Positions 46,360 through 58,957 of a DNA stretch of 64,000 nucleotides are shown piece after piece (positions within the stretch are counted from its first letter, which is position 1; the number at the start of each line of letters is the position of its first letter). Both the position numbers and the translations under genes were made by a program. The notes under the pieces are model-generated. The model ran no database searches and was not told the DNA's origin. It saw nothing but the letters and a program-made list of their open reading frames with translations. The stretch is taken from assembly GCA_963658405.1 (NCBI GenBank), contig CAVKQI010000003.1, positions 60-64,059 of the forward strand, in the 5' to 3' direction. The DNA comes from a bacterium. GTDB taxonomy: Bacteria; Bacillota; Clostridia; Lachnospirales; Lachnospiraceae.

Positions 46360-47442
46360 TCACGGTCTGTAGGGTTCTGCATCCTCCAGGACTTTCTCGC
46401 TGTATTCCTGCAGCTGGCTGCTGGGTTCGTACTCTTCGTCCTCGAACAGTAGCTCATGGAGCATGATCACATTTTCTTCCAGGGTCTCCGGCACGATACA
46501 ATTGCCGATGGCGCGGCTTAAGTTAAAGGCATCTCTGTGTCCCTCGAAGGGGAAGCCTTCGCTGTTCACCACCTGATACTGGGAAAGGGCGGACAGCAGG
46601 GAAATGATCTCATTGATGTCCAGGGAGGTGGAGACATTGCCCATGACAGCGGTCACGGCACTGGCCAGCTCTCCGGCCGAGACGGTCTTGGCTTTCTCGA
46701 TCATGGCGTTGATCACGGTTCGCTGCCGCTCTGTGCGTCTGTAATCGTCGCCGCCGCCATAGCGGATCCGGCAGTAGGCCGTGGCCTGCATGCCGTTCAG
46801 GATCTGTTTGCCGGGCTTCTTGACTTCGATGTAATCTACACCGAACTCATCCGCCATGGTCAGCTGATAATTATTCAGGTGCTGGATCTCCACTTCCTCT
46901 ACGTTGATCTCCACGCCGCCCAGCTGGTCGATGGCTTCGATCAGGCCCTCGAATCCCACGGTCACGTAGTCTGTGATGTCCAGGTCCAGGTTCATATTCA
47001 GCATATTGATGGCCTGTTCCGGGCCGCCCCGGGCATAAGCCGCATTACATTTATTATAGGTATCATCCCCGATATTCAGATAGGTATCCCGGTAGACAGA
47101 GATCAGGGAAATTTCCTTCTTGTCCTGATTGACCGACATGACGATATTGGTATCGCTTCTGGTGCCTGCCCCCAGTTCTCCATCTCTGGCATCCACGCCG
47201 AAAAGAGCGATATTGCGATAGCCAAGCTCATGTTTTTCGGTGGCATAGGAAACCGGCGTATTGATCACAATATTGGACTGGTCGATACCGATCTTCTCCA
47301 CGGAGCCGGTCATCTTGACCACGACCGCCAGTGCGCCTGCACATCCCAACAGCAGGACTGCTTCCAGAATCAGGAGAGGCAAATTGAACACAATCCGGAA
47401 ATGTTTCACTTTTTTGGTTTTCTTTGTCTTTAAGTCCATCAT
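46360..47442 (-). CDS. LCP (LytR-CpsA-Psr) family protein
   Basis: The start was moved to MMDLKTKK. It has an N-terminal TM anchor followed by ..IALFGVDARD..RSDTNIVMSV.. Confidence 0.85.
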   Translation of the reverse strand: MMDLKTKKTKKVKHFRIVFNLPLLILEAVLLLGCAGALAVVVKMTGSVEKIGIDQSNIVINTPVSYATEKHELGYRNIALFGVDARDGELGAGTRSDTNIVMSVNQDKKEISLISVYRDTYLNIGDDTYNKCNAAYARGGPEQAINMLNMNLDLDITDYVTVGFEGLIEAIDQLGGVEINVEEVEIQHLNNYQLTMADEFGVDYIEVKKPGKQILNGMQATAYCRIRYGGGDDYRRTERQRTVINAMIEKAKTVSAGELASAVTAVMGNVSTSLDINEIISLLSALSQYQVVNSEGFPFEGHRDAFNLSRAIGNCIVPETLEENVIMLHELLFEDEEYEPSSQLQEYSEKVLEDAEPYRP

Positions 47443-47550
47443 AATCGGAATTGTAACATGTTTGTGACAGGAAGTACACATTATTGTAACAATTGTGTAA
47501 GGGGCCACTGCCGTTAGTTTATAGACACACGGACGCCAGGCATGCGGCGG

Positions 47551-49089
47551 TTACTGCGGCTTCGCGCTGTCAATTGCCTTCTTATAAGGCGCCATCATGC
47601 CTTCGTTCATGGCATTGTTCTGCTTTTCCATGAGCTTCGTATGCCGCATCATAAAGCCTACCAACTGCATCATCAGCATTCGTCCCCGCTGTTTCTGCGG
47701 GAAGTCGTAGATGCCGTGCTTTTTATAGAATTCGTGGTCAGCCTTCATAAAGCCCCGCATGACCCAGATCAGATCCCGGAATATCTTCATGCCGCCCACG
47801 CCGTAGAAATTTCTGGGCTGCAGGTATTGATGCTCCAGCGCATAGCGGAGCCTGGAGAGCATAACCTGATCAGAGGAGAAATCCGTACCCACCCCAGCCA
47901 GGAAATTGTGTCCCACATCGCAGCGGGCTTCTATGACGGTGCGCAGGTTGGGCTCTCTCTCATAATCGCCGCAGACGATATAGCCAAAGGGCATGCCTTC
48001 CGTCACGGTGCGGTGACCATTGCAAAACTGGCGGTCGTCATACATCTTGAAGGTCGGCCCCATGGAATGGTCCTGAATGGTAAAGGCGTAGACGATGGCC
48101 GCATTGGTCTGGATCTGCTCCCGCAGGAAGGCATCGAATCCGTCTGTATAGACGCACTTCCCGGAAGCCGCGCAGTGAAAGCAGCCAAGGCAGCCGCCCT
48201 GAAAGGGATACTCTGCCAGGTTGATGAGTCTGGTGGGAAGGGGACAGGCCTGTCGGAAGGCCTCAATACGGGCCCTGAGGGCATTATCATCTTTTCTTAA
48301 ATCTGCAACGATAGCGATTGATTTGTTCGAACCATCAGCTGAATTACCACTGGCACGCGTTTTGTTTCCGGCACGCGTTTTGTTTCCGTCCCTGCTGCTT
48401 TCTATGGAAGCCTCTTTCTTATTGCTTTCTTTACTGTCTTCATTATTATATTGGTTATTGTCCTTATTGTGATCCTCGTCGCTATATTGGCTGCTGACTC
48501 CGCATTCATCTTTGCTGCTGCATGCATGATTATCTTCTTTGATATCTCCGCTGATAAGTTTCTCAGAAGATGCAGCCGGCTGCGCAGCAGTCAGGGGTGC
48601 TTTCTCACTGATCCCGTTTTCCACGCACCAGAGCACATAACGGAAGAAAGAGACCGCATCCTCCTGGCCTTTCTTTGTGGTGAGATCATCCATATCTGCA
48701 GACAGGCCGTGGATCACTCGCATGCCCAGATCAAAGCAGTTGTCTTCCACATAGCGATGGGCTGTCACATCATAAAAATGTTTGGAGGTGGTAATCTGGG
48801 TGACGAATTTCCCGGAGAGATCGGCGCCGCTTTCCTTTAAAAGCCGGATAAAGCGGTGCAGCTGACTGGGTGCTAAGAATGTATAGACCGGATAGGAAAA
48901 GATGATCAGATCTGCCTCGTCCATGGCCTTTAAAGCAGGCGTTAGATCCTTTTCCAGAGAGCGGATCTGAGCCGCCGCCAATACATAGGTAAAACTGTGC
49001 TGCGGAAAACATTTCTCCAGATAGCAGCTGGTCATGGATGTGATGGAATATATTCCTCTGGGGGAACCGTTCAGAATGCAGATTTTCAT
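47551..49089 (-). CDS. Two-domain flavodoxin-fold / NAD(P)H-dependent oxidoreductase-like protein with a low-complexity linker
   Basis: 512 aa. The N-terminus MKICILNGSPRG.. is of the FMN-reductase type. The second half carries GGCLGCFHCAASGKC. The linker is rich in N/D/K/S. Confidence 0.6.
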   Translation of the reverse strand: MKICILNGSPRGIYSITSMTSCYLEKCFPQHSFTYVLAAAQIRSLEKDLTPALKAMDEADLIIFSYPVYTFLAPSQLHRFIRLLKESGADLSGKFVTQITTSKHFYDVTAHRYVEDNCFDLGMRVIHGLSADMDDLTTKKGQEDAVSFFRYVLWCVENGISEKAPLTAAQPAASSEKLISGDIKEDNHACSSKDECGVSSQYSDEDHNKDNNQYNNEDSKESNKKEASIESSRDGNKTRAGNKTRASGNSADGSNKSIAIVADLRKDDNALRARIEAFRQACPLPTRLINLAEYPFQGGCLGCFHCAASGKCVYTDGFDAFLREQIQTNAAIVYAFTIQDHSMGPTFKMYDDRQFCNGHRTVTEGMPFGYIVCGDYEREPNLRTVIEARCDVGHNFLAGVGTDFSSDQVMLSRLRYALEHQYLQPRNFYGVGGMKIFRDLIWVMRGFMKADHEFYKKHGIYDFPQKQRGRMLMMQLVGFMMRHTKLMEKQNNAMNEGMMAPYKKAIDSAKPQ

Positions 49090-49790
49090 TTTATCCTTTC
49101 TGTGCCGCTGCAGAGCAGCGGCAGCGCGAAGGGAATTTCGCGAAGGCGAATTCCCTGATGCGATCCCTGAGGATGAGGCATAGCCTCATACTCGCAATGC
49201 CTTAAAATGACATCAGTCATTTTAAGGCATTTGTTTCCTTTCTGTGCCGCTGCAGCGCAGCGGCACCCTGAGGAGAATTTCGCGCAGGCGAATTCTCCGA
49301 TAGGATCTCAGAGGATGAGGCAAAGCCTCATCCTCGTAATGACATAAAATGACATCAGTCATTTTATGTCATTTTTTCTCCTTGCCGCTGCAGAGCAGCG
49401 GCAGCGCGAAGGGAATTTCGCGAAGGCGAATTCCCTGATGCGATCCCTGAGGATGAGGCATAGCCTCATACTCGCAATGCCTTAAAATGACATCAGTCAT
49501 TTTAAGGCATTTGTTTCCTTTCTGTGCCGCTGCAGCGCAGCGGCACCCTGAGGAGAATTTCGCGCAGGCGAATTCTCCGATAGGATCTCAGAGGATGAGG
49601 CAAAGCCTCATCCTCGTAATGACATAAAATGACATCAGTCATTTTATGTCATTTTTTCTCCTTGCCGCTGCAGAGCAGCGGCAGCGCGAAGGGAATTTCG
49701 CGAAGGCGAATTCCCTGATGCGATCCCTGAGGATGAGGCATCGCCTCATCCTCGTAATGCCTTAAAATGACATCGGTCATTTTAAGACGT
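49090..49790 (-). repeat. Tandem array of five family-1 four-hairpin units (2.5 x 280 bp)
   Basis: hp1 starts at 49103, 49245, 49383, 49525 and 49663. Segment 49103-49382 is identical to 49383-49662. In unit 1, hp1 is at 49103-49123, hp2 at 49131-49155, hp3 at 49169-49193 and hp4 at 49197-49230. Confidence 0.9.
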
Positions 49791-50739
49791 TTATTGCCTT
49801 TCGCACGGCTGCCTTATATTCCGGCATGCGCTGTGCCTTGCGGATCTCTTTGGCCAGGGAGGCGCCGTCCGGGCGTCCCTGAAGCATGAAATTCCACAGA
49901 TCCTTCATCTTAAAAAGGACATTCCTGTCATCGCCGATCACTTCCTGATATCGGCTCACCAGTGCATCGTGGAATTCCCGGAAGCGGTCATCCATAACCG
50001 GTACGGACACATTCTCTGCTTTTTCTACCTTCTCTGCCAAGGCGGGATCCCGCAAAAGTCCCCGTCCGATCATGACGGTCTCTGTCTGCGGAAAAGAAGC
50101 GGCAAACTCCTGCACCGCCTGCAGATCAAAGAGGTCCCCATTGTAAACCACCGGATTTTTGCTTTCCTGCAGGATCTCCCGGAAGACATCCAGGTGCACG
50201 GCACCTTTGTAGAATTCCTTCTGCACTCTGGGATGCACGATCAGTTCCTTTACCGGATACTGATTATAGATCTGCAATAGTCTCTCCCACTCCTGCGGAT
50301 CATTTCTGCCGATCCTGGTCTTGATGGAAACGGCAAACGCTCCCGCCGCCACAGAAGGATCTTTATAGATCTCATCTAAGAACCGGTCCAGTTCCTCCGG
50401 AAAGCCGAGGAATCCTGCGCCCTTCTTTTTGGCAGCCACGGTGCCGGAGGGACAGCCCAGATTTAGATTGATCTCCGGATAGCCCATGCCGGCCAGGCGT
50501 TTTGCTGTCTCCAGAAAGCCGCCGGCGTGATTGGTGAGAATCTGGGGCACCACCGGCATGCCCTCATTATTTTCCGGCAGCACGTCCCGCATTTCCTTTG
50601 TGCTCAGCGGCTGGTCAGGACGGAGGGATACAAAAGGAGTAAAGTACTTTTCCACACCCTTATAATACCGGTGATGAAGCTGTCTGTAGGTATAGGTAGT
50701 GATCCCCTCCATAGGCGCAAAATAGATATGCATAGCCAT
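49777..50739 (-). CDS. tRNA-dihydrouridine synthase family protein
   Basis: The start was moved to MAMHIYFAPMEGIT (AAAGGA upstream). It has a TIM-barrel FMN motif ..EINLNLGCPSG.. The stop codon lies inside the last hp4 hairpin of the array. Confidence 0.8.
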   Translation of the reverse strand: MAMHIYFAPMEGITTYTYRQLHHRYYKGVEKYFTPFVSLRPDQPLSTKEMRDVLPENNEGMPVVPQILTNHAGGFLETAKRLAGMGYPEINLNLGCPSGTVAAKKKGAGFLGFPEELDRFLDEIYKDPSVAAGAFAVSIKTRIGRNDPQEWERLLQIYNQYPVKELIVHPRVQKEFYKGAVHLDVFREILQESKNPVVYNGDLFDLQAVQEFAASFPQTETVMIGRGLLRDPALAEKVEKAENVSVPVMDDRFREFHDALVSRYQEVIGDDRNVLFKMKDLWNFMLQGRPDGASLAKEIRKAQRMPEYKAAVRKAINVLK

Positions 50740-50758
50740 AGTCCTTTTTCTGTATTTC

Positions 50759-51274
50759 CTATATTTCTGTGTTCGTTTGCTGCAGCTCTCTTTTGTAGGC
50801 TCTGCCCTCTTCCACATAGTGCAGCGCATTGCCCCGGTTAGACTGGATCTCCTCTTCCCGGAGACTTCTTTTTATCCTGGCGGGGCTTCCCATCACCAGG
50901 GAGCCGTCGGGAATGACTGTATTCTGCGTGACCAGCGCGCCGGCGCCCACGATGCAGTTCTGCCCGATGACAGCGCCGTTTAAGACGATGGCGCCCATGC
51001 CGATCAGCGTATTGCTCCCCACGGTGCAGCCGTGCACGATGGCGCCGTGACCGATGGTCACATCATCGCCGATGCTGACACTGTAGCCCTTATCCACATG
51101 GATGACGCAGTTGTCCTGCACATTGGTGCGGGCCCCGATCTGCACAGAGCCTTCTCCTGCCCGGATGGTGGCATGAAACCAGACGCTGCAGTCCTCTCCG
51201 ATGGATACTTCTCCGTAAACCGCCGCATCCGGCGCCACGAAGGCAGATGGATGTATCTGTGGTTTTTTCAGCAT
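50759..51274 (-). CDS. Gamma-carbonic-anhydrase-like / hexapeptide-repeat (LbH) protein
   Basis: 171 aa with left-handed beta-helix hexapeptide repeats and His ligand positions as in the gamma-CA/YrdA family. Confidence 0.75.
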   Translation of the reverse strand: MLKKPQIHPSAFVAPDAAVYGEVSIGEDCSVWFHATIRAGEGSVQIGARTNVQDNCVIHVDKGYSVSIGDDVTIGHGAIVHGCTVGSNTLIGMGAIVLNGAVIGQNCIVGAGALVTQNTVIPDGSLVMGSPARIKRSLREEEIQSNRGNALHYVEEGRAYKRELQQTNTEI

Positions 51275-51428
51275 AACGGCCTCCTATTCTGTGCAGTCTT
51301 GCTGCCCGAATATGATTTGCCCGGACACAATGCAAATTCGCCCACGTAAATATTTCCGGTCATTCACGAAAGGGTGCATCTGCATCGTCAACTGACTCTG
51401 AAAGAAATGTCCCGGTGTTTTGTTCTCT

Positions 51429-51731
51429 TTAAACCTCGAAATCCAGGCAGACACGGTTCTTGACATTGGGTCTTACCTTGCCGTTGGCCACGGCCACGTG
51501 CGCCGGATGTACGGAGTATCCCTTCAGGGATGCGGCATCTGCAAATTCTGTCTCCAGCATGGCATCTGCATTGGAGGAAGCCAGGCCGTTTGTATGTACT
51601 TCGATCTTTAAAAGACCGGGGATCTGTCCGGCTAATCCCTCCAGTCCTTCCTTGATGCCTGCCTTGATCTGCTCCTTCTCCTCTGCGGAAAACTCATCCT
51701 TTAACTGCCATAAAATAATATGTCTTACCAT
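51429..51731 (-). CDS. Dabb (stress-responsive A/B barrel) domain protein
   Basis: The start was moved to MVRHIILWQLKD (GGAGAG upstream). About 100 aa. Confidence 0.7.
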   Translation of the reverse strand: MVRHIILWQLKDEFSAEEKEQIKAGIKEGLEGLAGQIPGLLKIEVHTNGLASSNADAMLETEFADAASLKGYSVHPAHVAVANGKVRPNVKNRVCLDFEV

Positions 51732-51744
51732 GTTTCTCTCCATT

Positions 51745-51921
51745 CTGCCGCCATCGCTGCGGCAAATCTGATTTCATTCTTACCTTACTATGCCGCTGCA
51801 AGGCAGCGGCAGCACGAGGAGAATTTCGCGCAGGCGAATTCTCCGATGTGATCCCGAATTGATGACGTATGCGGCATCAATTCGCGTTTGAAAGAAATGC
51901 CATCGGGCATTTCTTTCAAAC
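51745..51921 (-). repeat. Family-1 module, full copy plus an extra hp1-like hairpin
   Basis: Extra hp1-like hairpin at 51746-51764, hp1 at 51791-51811, hp2 at 51818-51844, hp3 CGAATTGATG/CATCAATTCG at 51855-51884, and hp4 GTTTGAAAGAAATGCC/GGCATTTCTTTCAAAC at 51886-51921, abutting the ribF stop. Confidence 0.85.
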
Positions 51922-52851
51922 TTAACTTCTGTGATAGGTTCTGCCTGCTGCCACATCTGCCTCCATGGTTCTCTGCAGTTCTTCCATGCCGGAAAATTTT
52001 CTCTCCGGACGGCGGTAGGTCAGCAGCTTCGTGACCGCCTCTTTCCCATAGAGATCTCCGTCAAAATCATAGAGGTAGGTCTCTACCGTGATGGGAGGCT
52101 GTCCCGGATGCTCCTGTCTGGAAATCGTGGGCTTGCGGCCTATGTTCGTCATGCCTGTGTATTCTTTTCCCTCGATCTCCACTCTGGAATAATATACGCC
52201 GAAGGGAGGCAGTAGCTTACTCTCTGCCGGTGTCTGATTGATGGTGGGAATCCCCATCGTCCGACCGAGTTCGTTGCCGTGACAGATCACGCCTTCCACC
52301 CGGTAAGGCTCTCCCAGCATGGCAGATGCTTTCTCCATCTGTCCTTTTTCCACGTATAGGCGGATCAGGGTAGAACTCACTTCCTGCCCGTCTATCTTTA
52401 CCTTTTCCACCTTTTCGGAGGAAAAGCCGTATTCCTTCTCAAGGCTGCGAAGAAGGGCGAAATCCCCTGCGCCCTTGTCGCCGAAGGAAAGATCACTGCC
52501 CGCTGCCACGAATCCGGCATGCATCTGTCCTGCCATGATCTCGCGGACGAAGGCTGTCGGCTCCGTGGCCGCGGTCTGTCTCGTCAGCGGAAATTCCACC
52601 AGATAATCGATGCCGATCTCAGAAAGCACATGCCGCTTTTCCTCCGGTGTCATCAGTTCCTTTACATCCCCTTTTCCGAAAAAAACGGCCGGAGAGGGAG
52701 AAAAGGTAAAGACCGCACTGCGCAGGCCTTCTCTTTTCTGAATGGTCTCCAGGATTTTTCGGTGCCCCAGATGTACGCCGTCAAATTTGCCGATGGCCAT
52801 GGCGGTGGGCTCTTCTATATGAAAGTCTGTTGTACCGGATATTATTACCAT
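51922..52851 (-). CDS. ribF: Bifunctional riboflavin kinase / FAD synthetase
   Basis: The start was moved to MVIISGTT. It has ..GKFDGVHLGHRKIL.. and a C-terminal riboflavin kinase domain. Confidence 0.9.
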   Translation of the reverse strand: MVIISGTTDFHIEEPTAMAIGKFDGVHLGHRKILETIQKREGLRSAVFTFSPSPAVFFGKGDVKELMTPEEKRHVLSEIGIDYLVEFPLTRQTAATEPTAFVREIMAGQMHAGFVAAGSDLSFGDKGAGDFALLRSLEKEYGFSSEKVEKVKIDGQEVSSTLIRLYVEKGQMEKASAMLGEPYRVEGVICHGNELGRTMGIPTINQTPAESKLLPPFGVYYSRVEIEGKEYTGMTNIGRKPTISRQEHPGQPPITVETYLYDFDGDLYGKEAVTKLLTYRRPERKFSGMEELQRTMEADVAAGRTYHRS

Positions 52852-52876
52852 AATCTTTTCCACCGCTGTCTCAGAA

Positions 52877-53839
52877 TCAGAACATCTTTTCCACAAGCAG
52901 CATGCCCTTTCCCTGATCAAAGCGGTACAGTCCTCGGAAATTTCCGTCCTGTGCATAGATGCGCACCCGTTCCTGCTCCCGAAGGAAAGGCAGCTTTCCT
53001 TCATTCTCTTCCTGGCTGGTCACCTGGGAGAGGCGCAGGGCATTGCCGTTATCCAGAAAGCGCTGTCCTTCCTCTGTGACTGTCAGTGCCGGCGCATCGT
53101 CAAAGAAGCTGTCGATGGGCTGCACGTGTGGGCGAATCGCCGACTGTCTTTTCTCCGGGTCCGGATCCTCTTCCTGTCCCCGGGCGATTTCCTCGATCTG
53201 TCCCAGCGTCAGGGCATCCTCCAGAAGGAAATTCCCCACTCTGGTCCGAATAAGGCTCTCCATGGCACCGCCCACGCCCAGCTTCTGCCCCAGGTCATGA
53301 CACAGGGTCCGGATATAGGTGCCCTTGGAGCAGCGCACTCGCATCCTGACAAGAGGCAGATCGATCTCCAGGATCTCCAGCTCATAGATCTGAACATTTC
53401 TGGGCTTTCTCTCTACGGTCTGTCCCGCCCTTGCCAGCTCATAGAGCTTTTTGCCGTTTACCTTAAGGGCCGAATACATTGGCGGGATCTGGGCATAAGT
53501 CCCAAGGAAGGAGGCGGCCTCCCGGCGGATCCTTTCCTCCGTGACCGTCTCACTTACTTCCTGCTCCGGCTTCTGTGCCAGCACCTGTCCGCTCATATCC
53601 TGGGTGTCTGTCTCCACGCCCAGATGCAGCACCGCCACGTATTCCTTGTCCCGGTCAGCGATCAGGTCGCACAGCTTCGTGCCCTTTCCCAGGCAGACCG
53701 GCAGCACGCCGGTGGCATCCGGGTCCAGGGTACCGGTGTGACCGATCTTTTTCTGCCGCAGGATTCCCCGCAGCTTGGCCACCACGTCATTGGAGGTAAA
53801 ACCGGCCTCCTTATATACTGTCAGCATTCCGTCGAGCAT
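52877..53839 (-). CDS. truB: tRNA pseudouridine(55) synthase
   Basis: ..IGHTGTLDPDATGVLPVCLG.. with the catalytic Asp, plus a PUA-like C-terminus. Confidence 0.9.
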   Translation of the reverse strand: MLDGMLTVYKEAGFTSNDVVAKLRGILRQKKIGHTGTLDPDATGVLPVCLGKGTKLCDLIADRDKEYVAVLHLGVETDTQDMSGQVLAQKPEQEVSETVTEERIRREAASFLGTYAQIPPMYSALKVNGKKLYELARAGQTVERKPRNVQIYELEILEIDLPLVRMRVRCSKGTYIRTLCHDLGQKLGVGGAMESLIRTRVGNFLLEDALTLGQIEEIARGQEEDPDPEKRQSAIRPHVQPIDSFFDDAPALTVTEEGQRFLDNGNALRLSQVTSQEENEGKLPFLREQERVRIYAQDGNFRGLYRFDQGKGMLLVEKMF

Positions 53840-53862
53840 ATCTGTACAAATAACCTTTCTGT

Positions 53863-53881
53863 GCCGCTGCCTTGCTGCGGC
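53863..53881 (-). repeat. Isolated family-1 hp1 (imperfect) upstream of truB
   Basis: GCCGCTGC-CTT-GCTGCGGC. In sense orientation it is followed by ACAGAAAGGTT..ATG. Confidence 0.6.
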
Positions 53882-53892
53882 TGTCTGCGGAT

Positions 53893-54849
53893 CTATGCCT
53901 TCTTTAACTGCATATCAATACTCTTGGAAAGATTATTGATGATGTCGTGGTAAGGCGCCGATGTGGTAAAGCCGGCCGCCCGCATGTGACCGCCGCCGCC
54001 GTAGAACTTGGCGACTGCCGATACGTCCACGCTGCCGTCGGAGCGAAGGCTCACCTTGTAGGTCAGCGGTGCCACCTGGTACATAAAGATCGCACACTTT
54101 ACGCCCTTGATCAGCTTAAGCTGGCTGGCGATGCCCTCTAAGTCCTTGGATGTCACCTGATAAAAATCCATGGTCTTGCGCTCGATGACGCTGACCACGC
54201 ACTGCCCGTCCATGAAGCGGATGCTCTCTAAGAGCGCTCTGCCAAGGATCTGGGTCTGCCAGTAGGTCTTTTCATAAAAGATGCCGTTGATGATGCTGGT
54301 GAAATCAAAGCCATAGGAAATGAGATCGCCGGCGGCCGTCATGGTCTCCTTCGTGGTATTGGAATACTTAAAGACGCCGGTATCGGTCATCATGCCGATA
54401 TACAGTGCCCTGGCAATGGGCTCATCTAAAAGGCTGTGATCCAGAAGACGGTATACCATCTCGCAGGTACTGCTGGCCTTCGGGTCCACTTCGTTCACAT
54501 CTCCGTCTCCGGAATTGGTCACGTGGTGGTCGATATTGATCTTTTTTGCTGCCCTGTCAAAAAACGGCTTCGCCTCCCCCAGACGATCTGCCGTGGTATC
54601 AAAGGCGATAAAGACATCATACTGCTCTATGTTCGTCTGAAAATCAGAGCGGATCTGCTCTGTCCCAGGCATGTATTCCCGGATGGCATCCGAAAAATCT
54701 TCCAGAAAGACATCGATCCTTGCCTCCGGCAGGAGCTTTTTCAGATACAGGCAGGTGCCCATGCAGGCGCCGATACAGTCTCCGTCCGGATGCTCATGGC
54801 CGCCGAGTGCAATGGTTTTTGCTCCTTTTAATTCTTCTGCTAAATTCAT
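53893..54849 (-). CDS. nrnA: DHH-family phosphoesterase (NrnA-like oligoribonuclease/pAp phosphatase)
   Basis: The start was moved to MNLAEELKG (GGAGG upstream). Motifs are HPDGDCIG, DHH (NIDHHVTN) and GGGGH. Confidence 0.8.
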   Translation of the reverse strand: MNLAEELKGAKTIALGGHEHPDGDCIGACMGTCLYLKKLLPEARIDVFLEDFSDAIREYMPGTEQIRSDFQTNIEQYDVFIAFDTTADRLGEAKPFFDRAAKKINIDHHVTNSGDGDVNEVDPKASSTCEMVYRLLDHSLLDEPIARALYIGMMTDTGVFKYSNTTKETMTAAGDLISYGFDFTSIINGIFYEKTYWQTQILGRALLESIRFMDGQCVVSVIERKTMDFYQVTSKDLEGIASQLKLIKGVKCAIFMYQVAPLTYKVSLRSDGSVDVSAVAKFYGGGGHMRAAGFTTSAPYHDIINNLSKSIDMQLKKA

Positions 54850-54882
54850 ACTCCTCCAATCCGCACCGATAAAGTGCATAAA

Positions 54883-54917
54883 ACCGGTATCTTTCCCATT
54901 CAGAGACAGATACCGGT
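54883..54917 (-). other. Intra-operon stem-loop between rbfA and nrnA
   Basis: 10-bp stem ACCGGTATCT/AGATACCGGT with a 15-nt loop. In minus sense it is followed by TTTAT. Confidence 0.4.
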
Positions 54918-54952
54918 CTGCTTGCTCAGAGTCATTTAAGTTAAGACGCCGC

Positions 54953-55395
54953 TTACTCGTCTCCTGTTTCCTCTCCGCTTTGGGAAAGATCTTCCTCCTC
55001 GGGGACTTCATCCTGCACATCCCCTCTGGCGATCTCGGCTGCTCTGTCTGCTGCAGAGACCACGTCGATCTTGTGGCTCATGGCCACGCCGTAGGCGATG
55101 GAATCATCCAGGATGAAACGAAGCTCCGGGGTATTGCGCAGGTTGACCTTTTTGGCCAGTGCGCTGCGGATAAAGCCTTCCGCACTGCGCAGGCCGTCGA
55201 TGGTCTTCTTTCCTGCGTCGCCGCCGGAGTAGACGCTGATCCAGACCTTGCAGGTCTTTAGATCCGGCGCCACTTCTGCCTGCATGACACTGGCCAGCTT
55301 ATCTACCCGGGGATCCTTGATCTCCCGGCTGATGATCTCTGCCAGTGCCCGCTGCACTTCATCATTGATGCGGCGGTTCTTCACACTGTTTTTTC

Positions 55396-55399
<4 letters not shown>
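54953..55399 (-). CDS. rbfA: Ribosome-binding factor A
   Basis: ..[22 protein letters not shown].., with an extended acidic C-terminal tail. Confidence 0.9.
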
Positions 55400-58615
<3,216 letters not shown>

Positions 58616-58638
<23 letters not shown>

Positions 58639-58957
58639 TGCAACCTCTTTCTTCCTCGCTGCCAAGCAGCCTGATCATACTCTCCGCAAACCCTTTGTCT
58701 GTCACCGCCACGCAGGATCGGTACTCCTTGCCGATGGCGCCTCCCAGTGTCTCCTTTGTCCCGTGATGCCGCAGCGGCACCTCATAAAAGGAACACATAT
58801 TTCCAAAGCTCTTCTCTGTATTCTTCTGCGCATCCTCTGCCAGGATCACCAGGTAAGCCCGAAAGCCCTTGACTGCCTTTTCTGCAGCGAAGTTTCCGCT
58901 CTCTATCTTACCAGCCTTGGCGGCCAGTCCCAGAAGTGATAAAACTCTATCCTTCAC
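58616..58957 (-). CDS. ylxQ: L7Ae/L30e-family RNA-binding protein (YlxQ-like)
   Basis: The start was moved to GTG 58957 ([17 protein letters not shown]), after AAGGAGG. It overlaps both ylxR and infB. Confidence 0.75.

Noticed and set aside
49090-49790. CRISPR array interpretation of the 140/280-bp repeats.
   Set aside because: The units are contiguous with no unique spacers, are far longer than CRISPR repeats, consist of several hairpins each, and no cas genes are in the window.
49090-49790. Small proteins encoded by the repeat units, e.g. MTDVILRHCEYEAMPHPQGSHQGIRLREIPFALPLLCSGKEKK (46 aa) and a 50-aa B-unit version. Similar RRIRLREIL-type peptides occur at 25837-26010 and 27451-27513.
   Set aside because: The frame across hp2/hp1 is not conserved between loci; the 51745-51921 copy reads GEFACAKFSS instead. 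The substitutions are pairwise-compensatory rather than synonymous, and the well-placed SD serves only a start-stop ATG. This remains an open possibility that Ribo-seq could settle.
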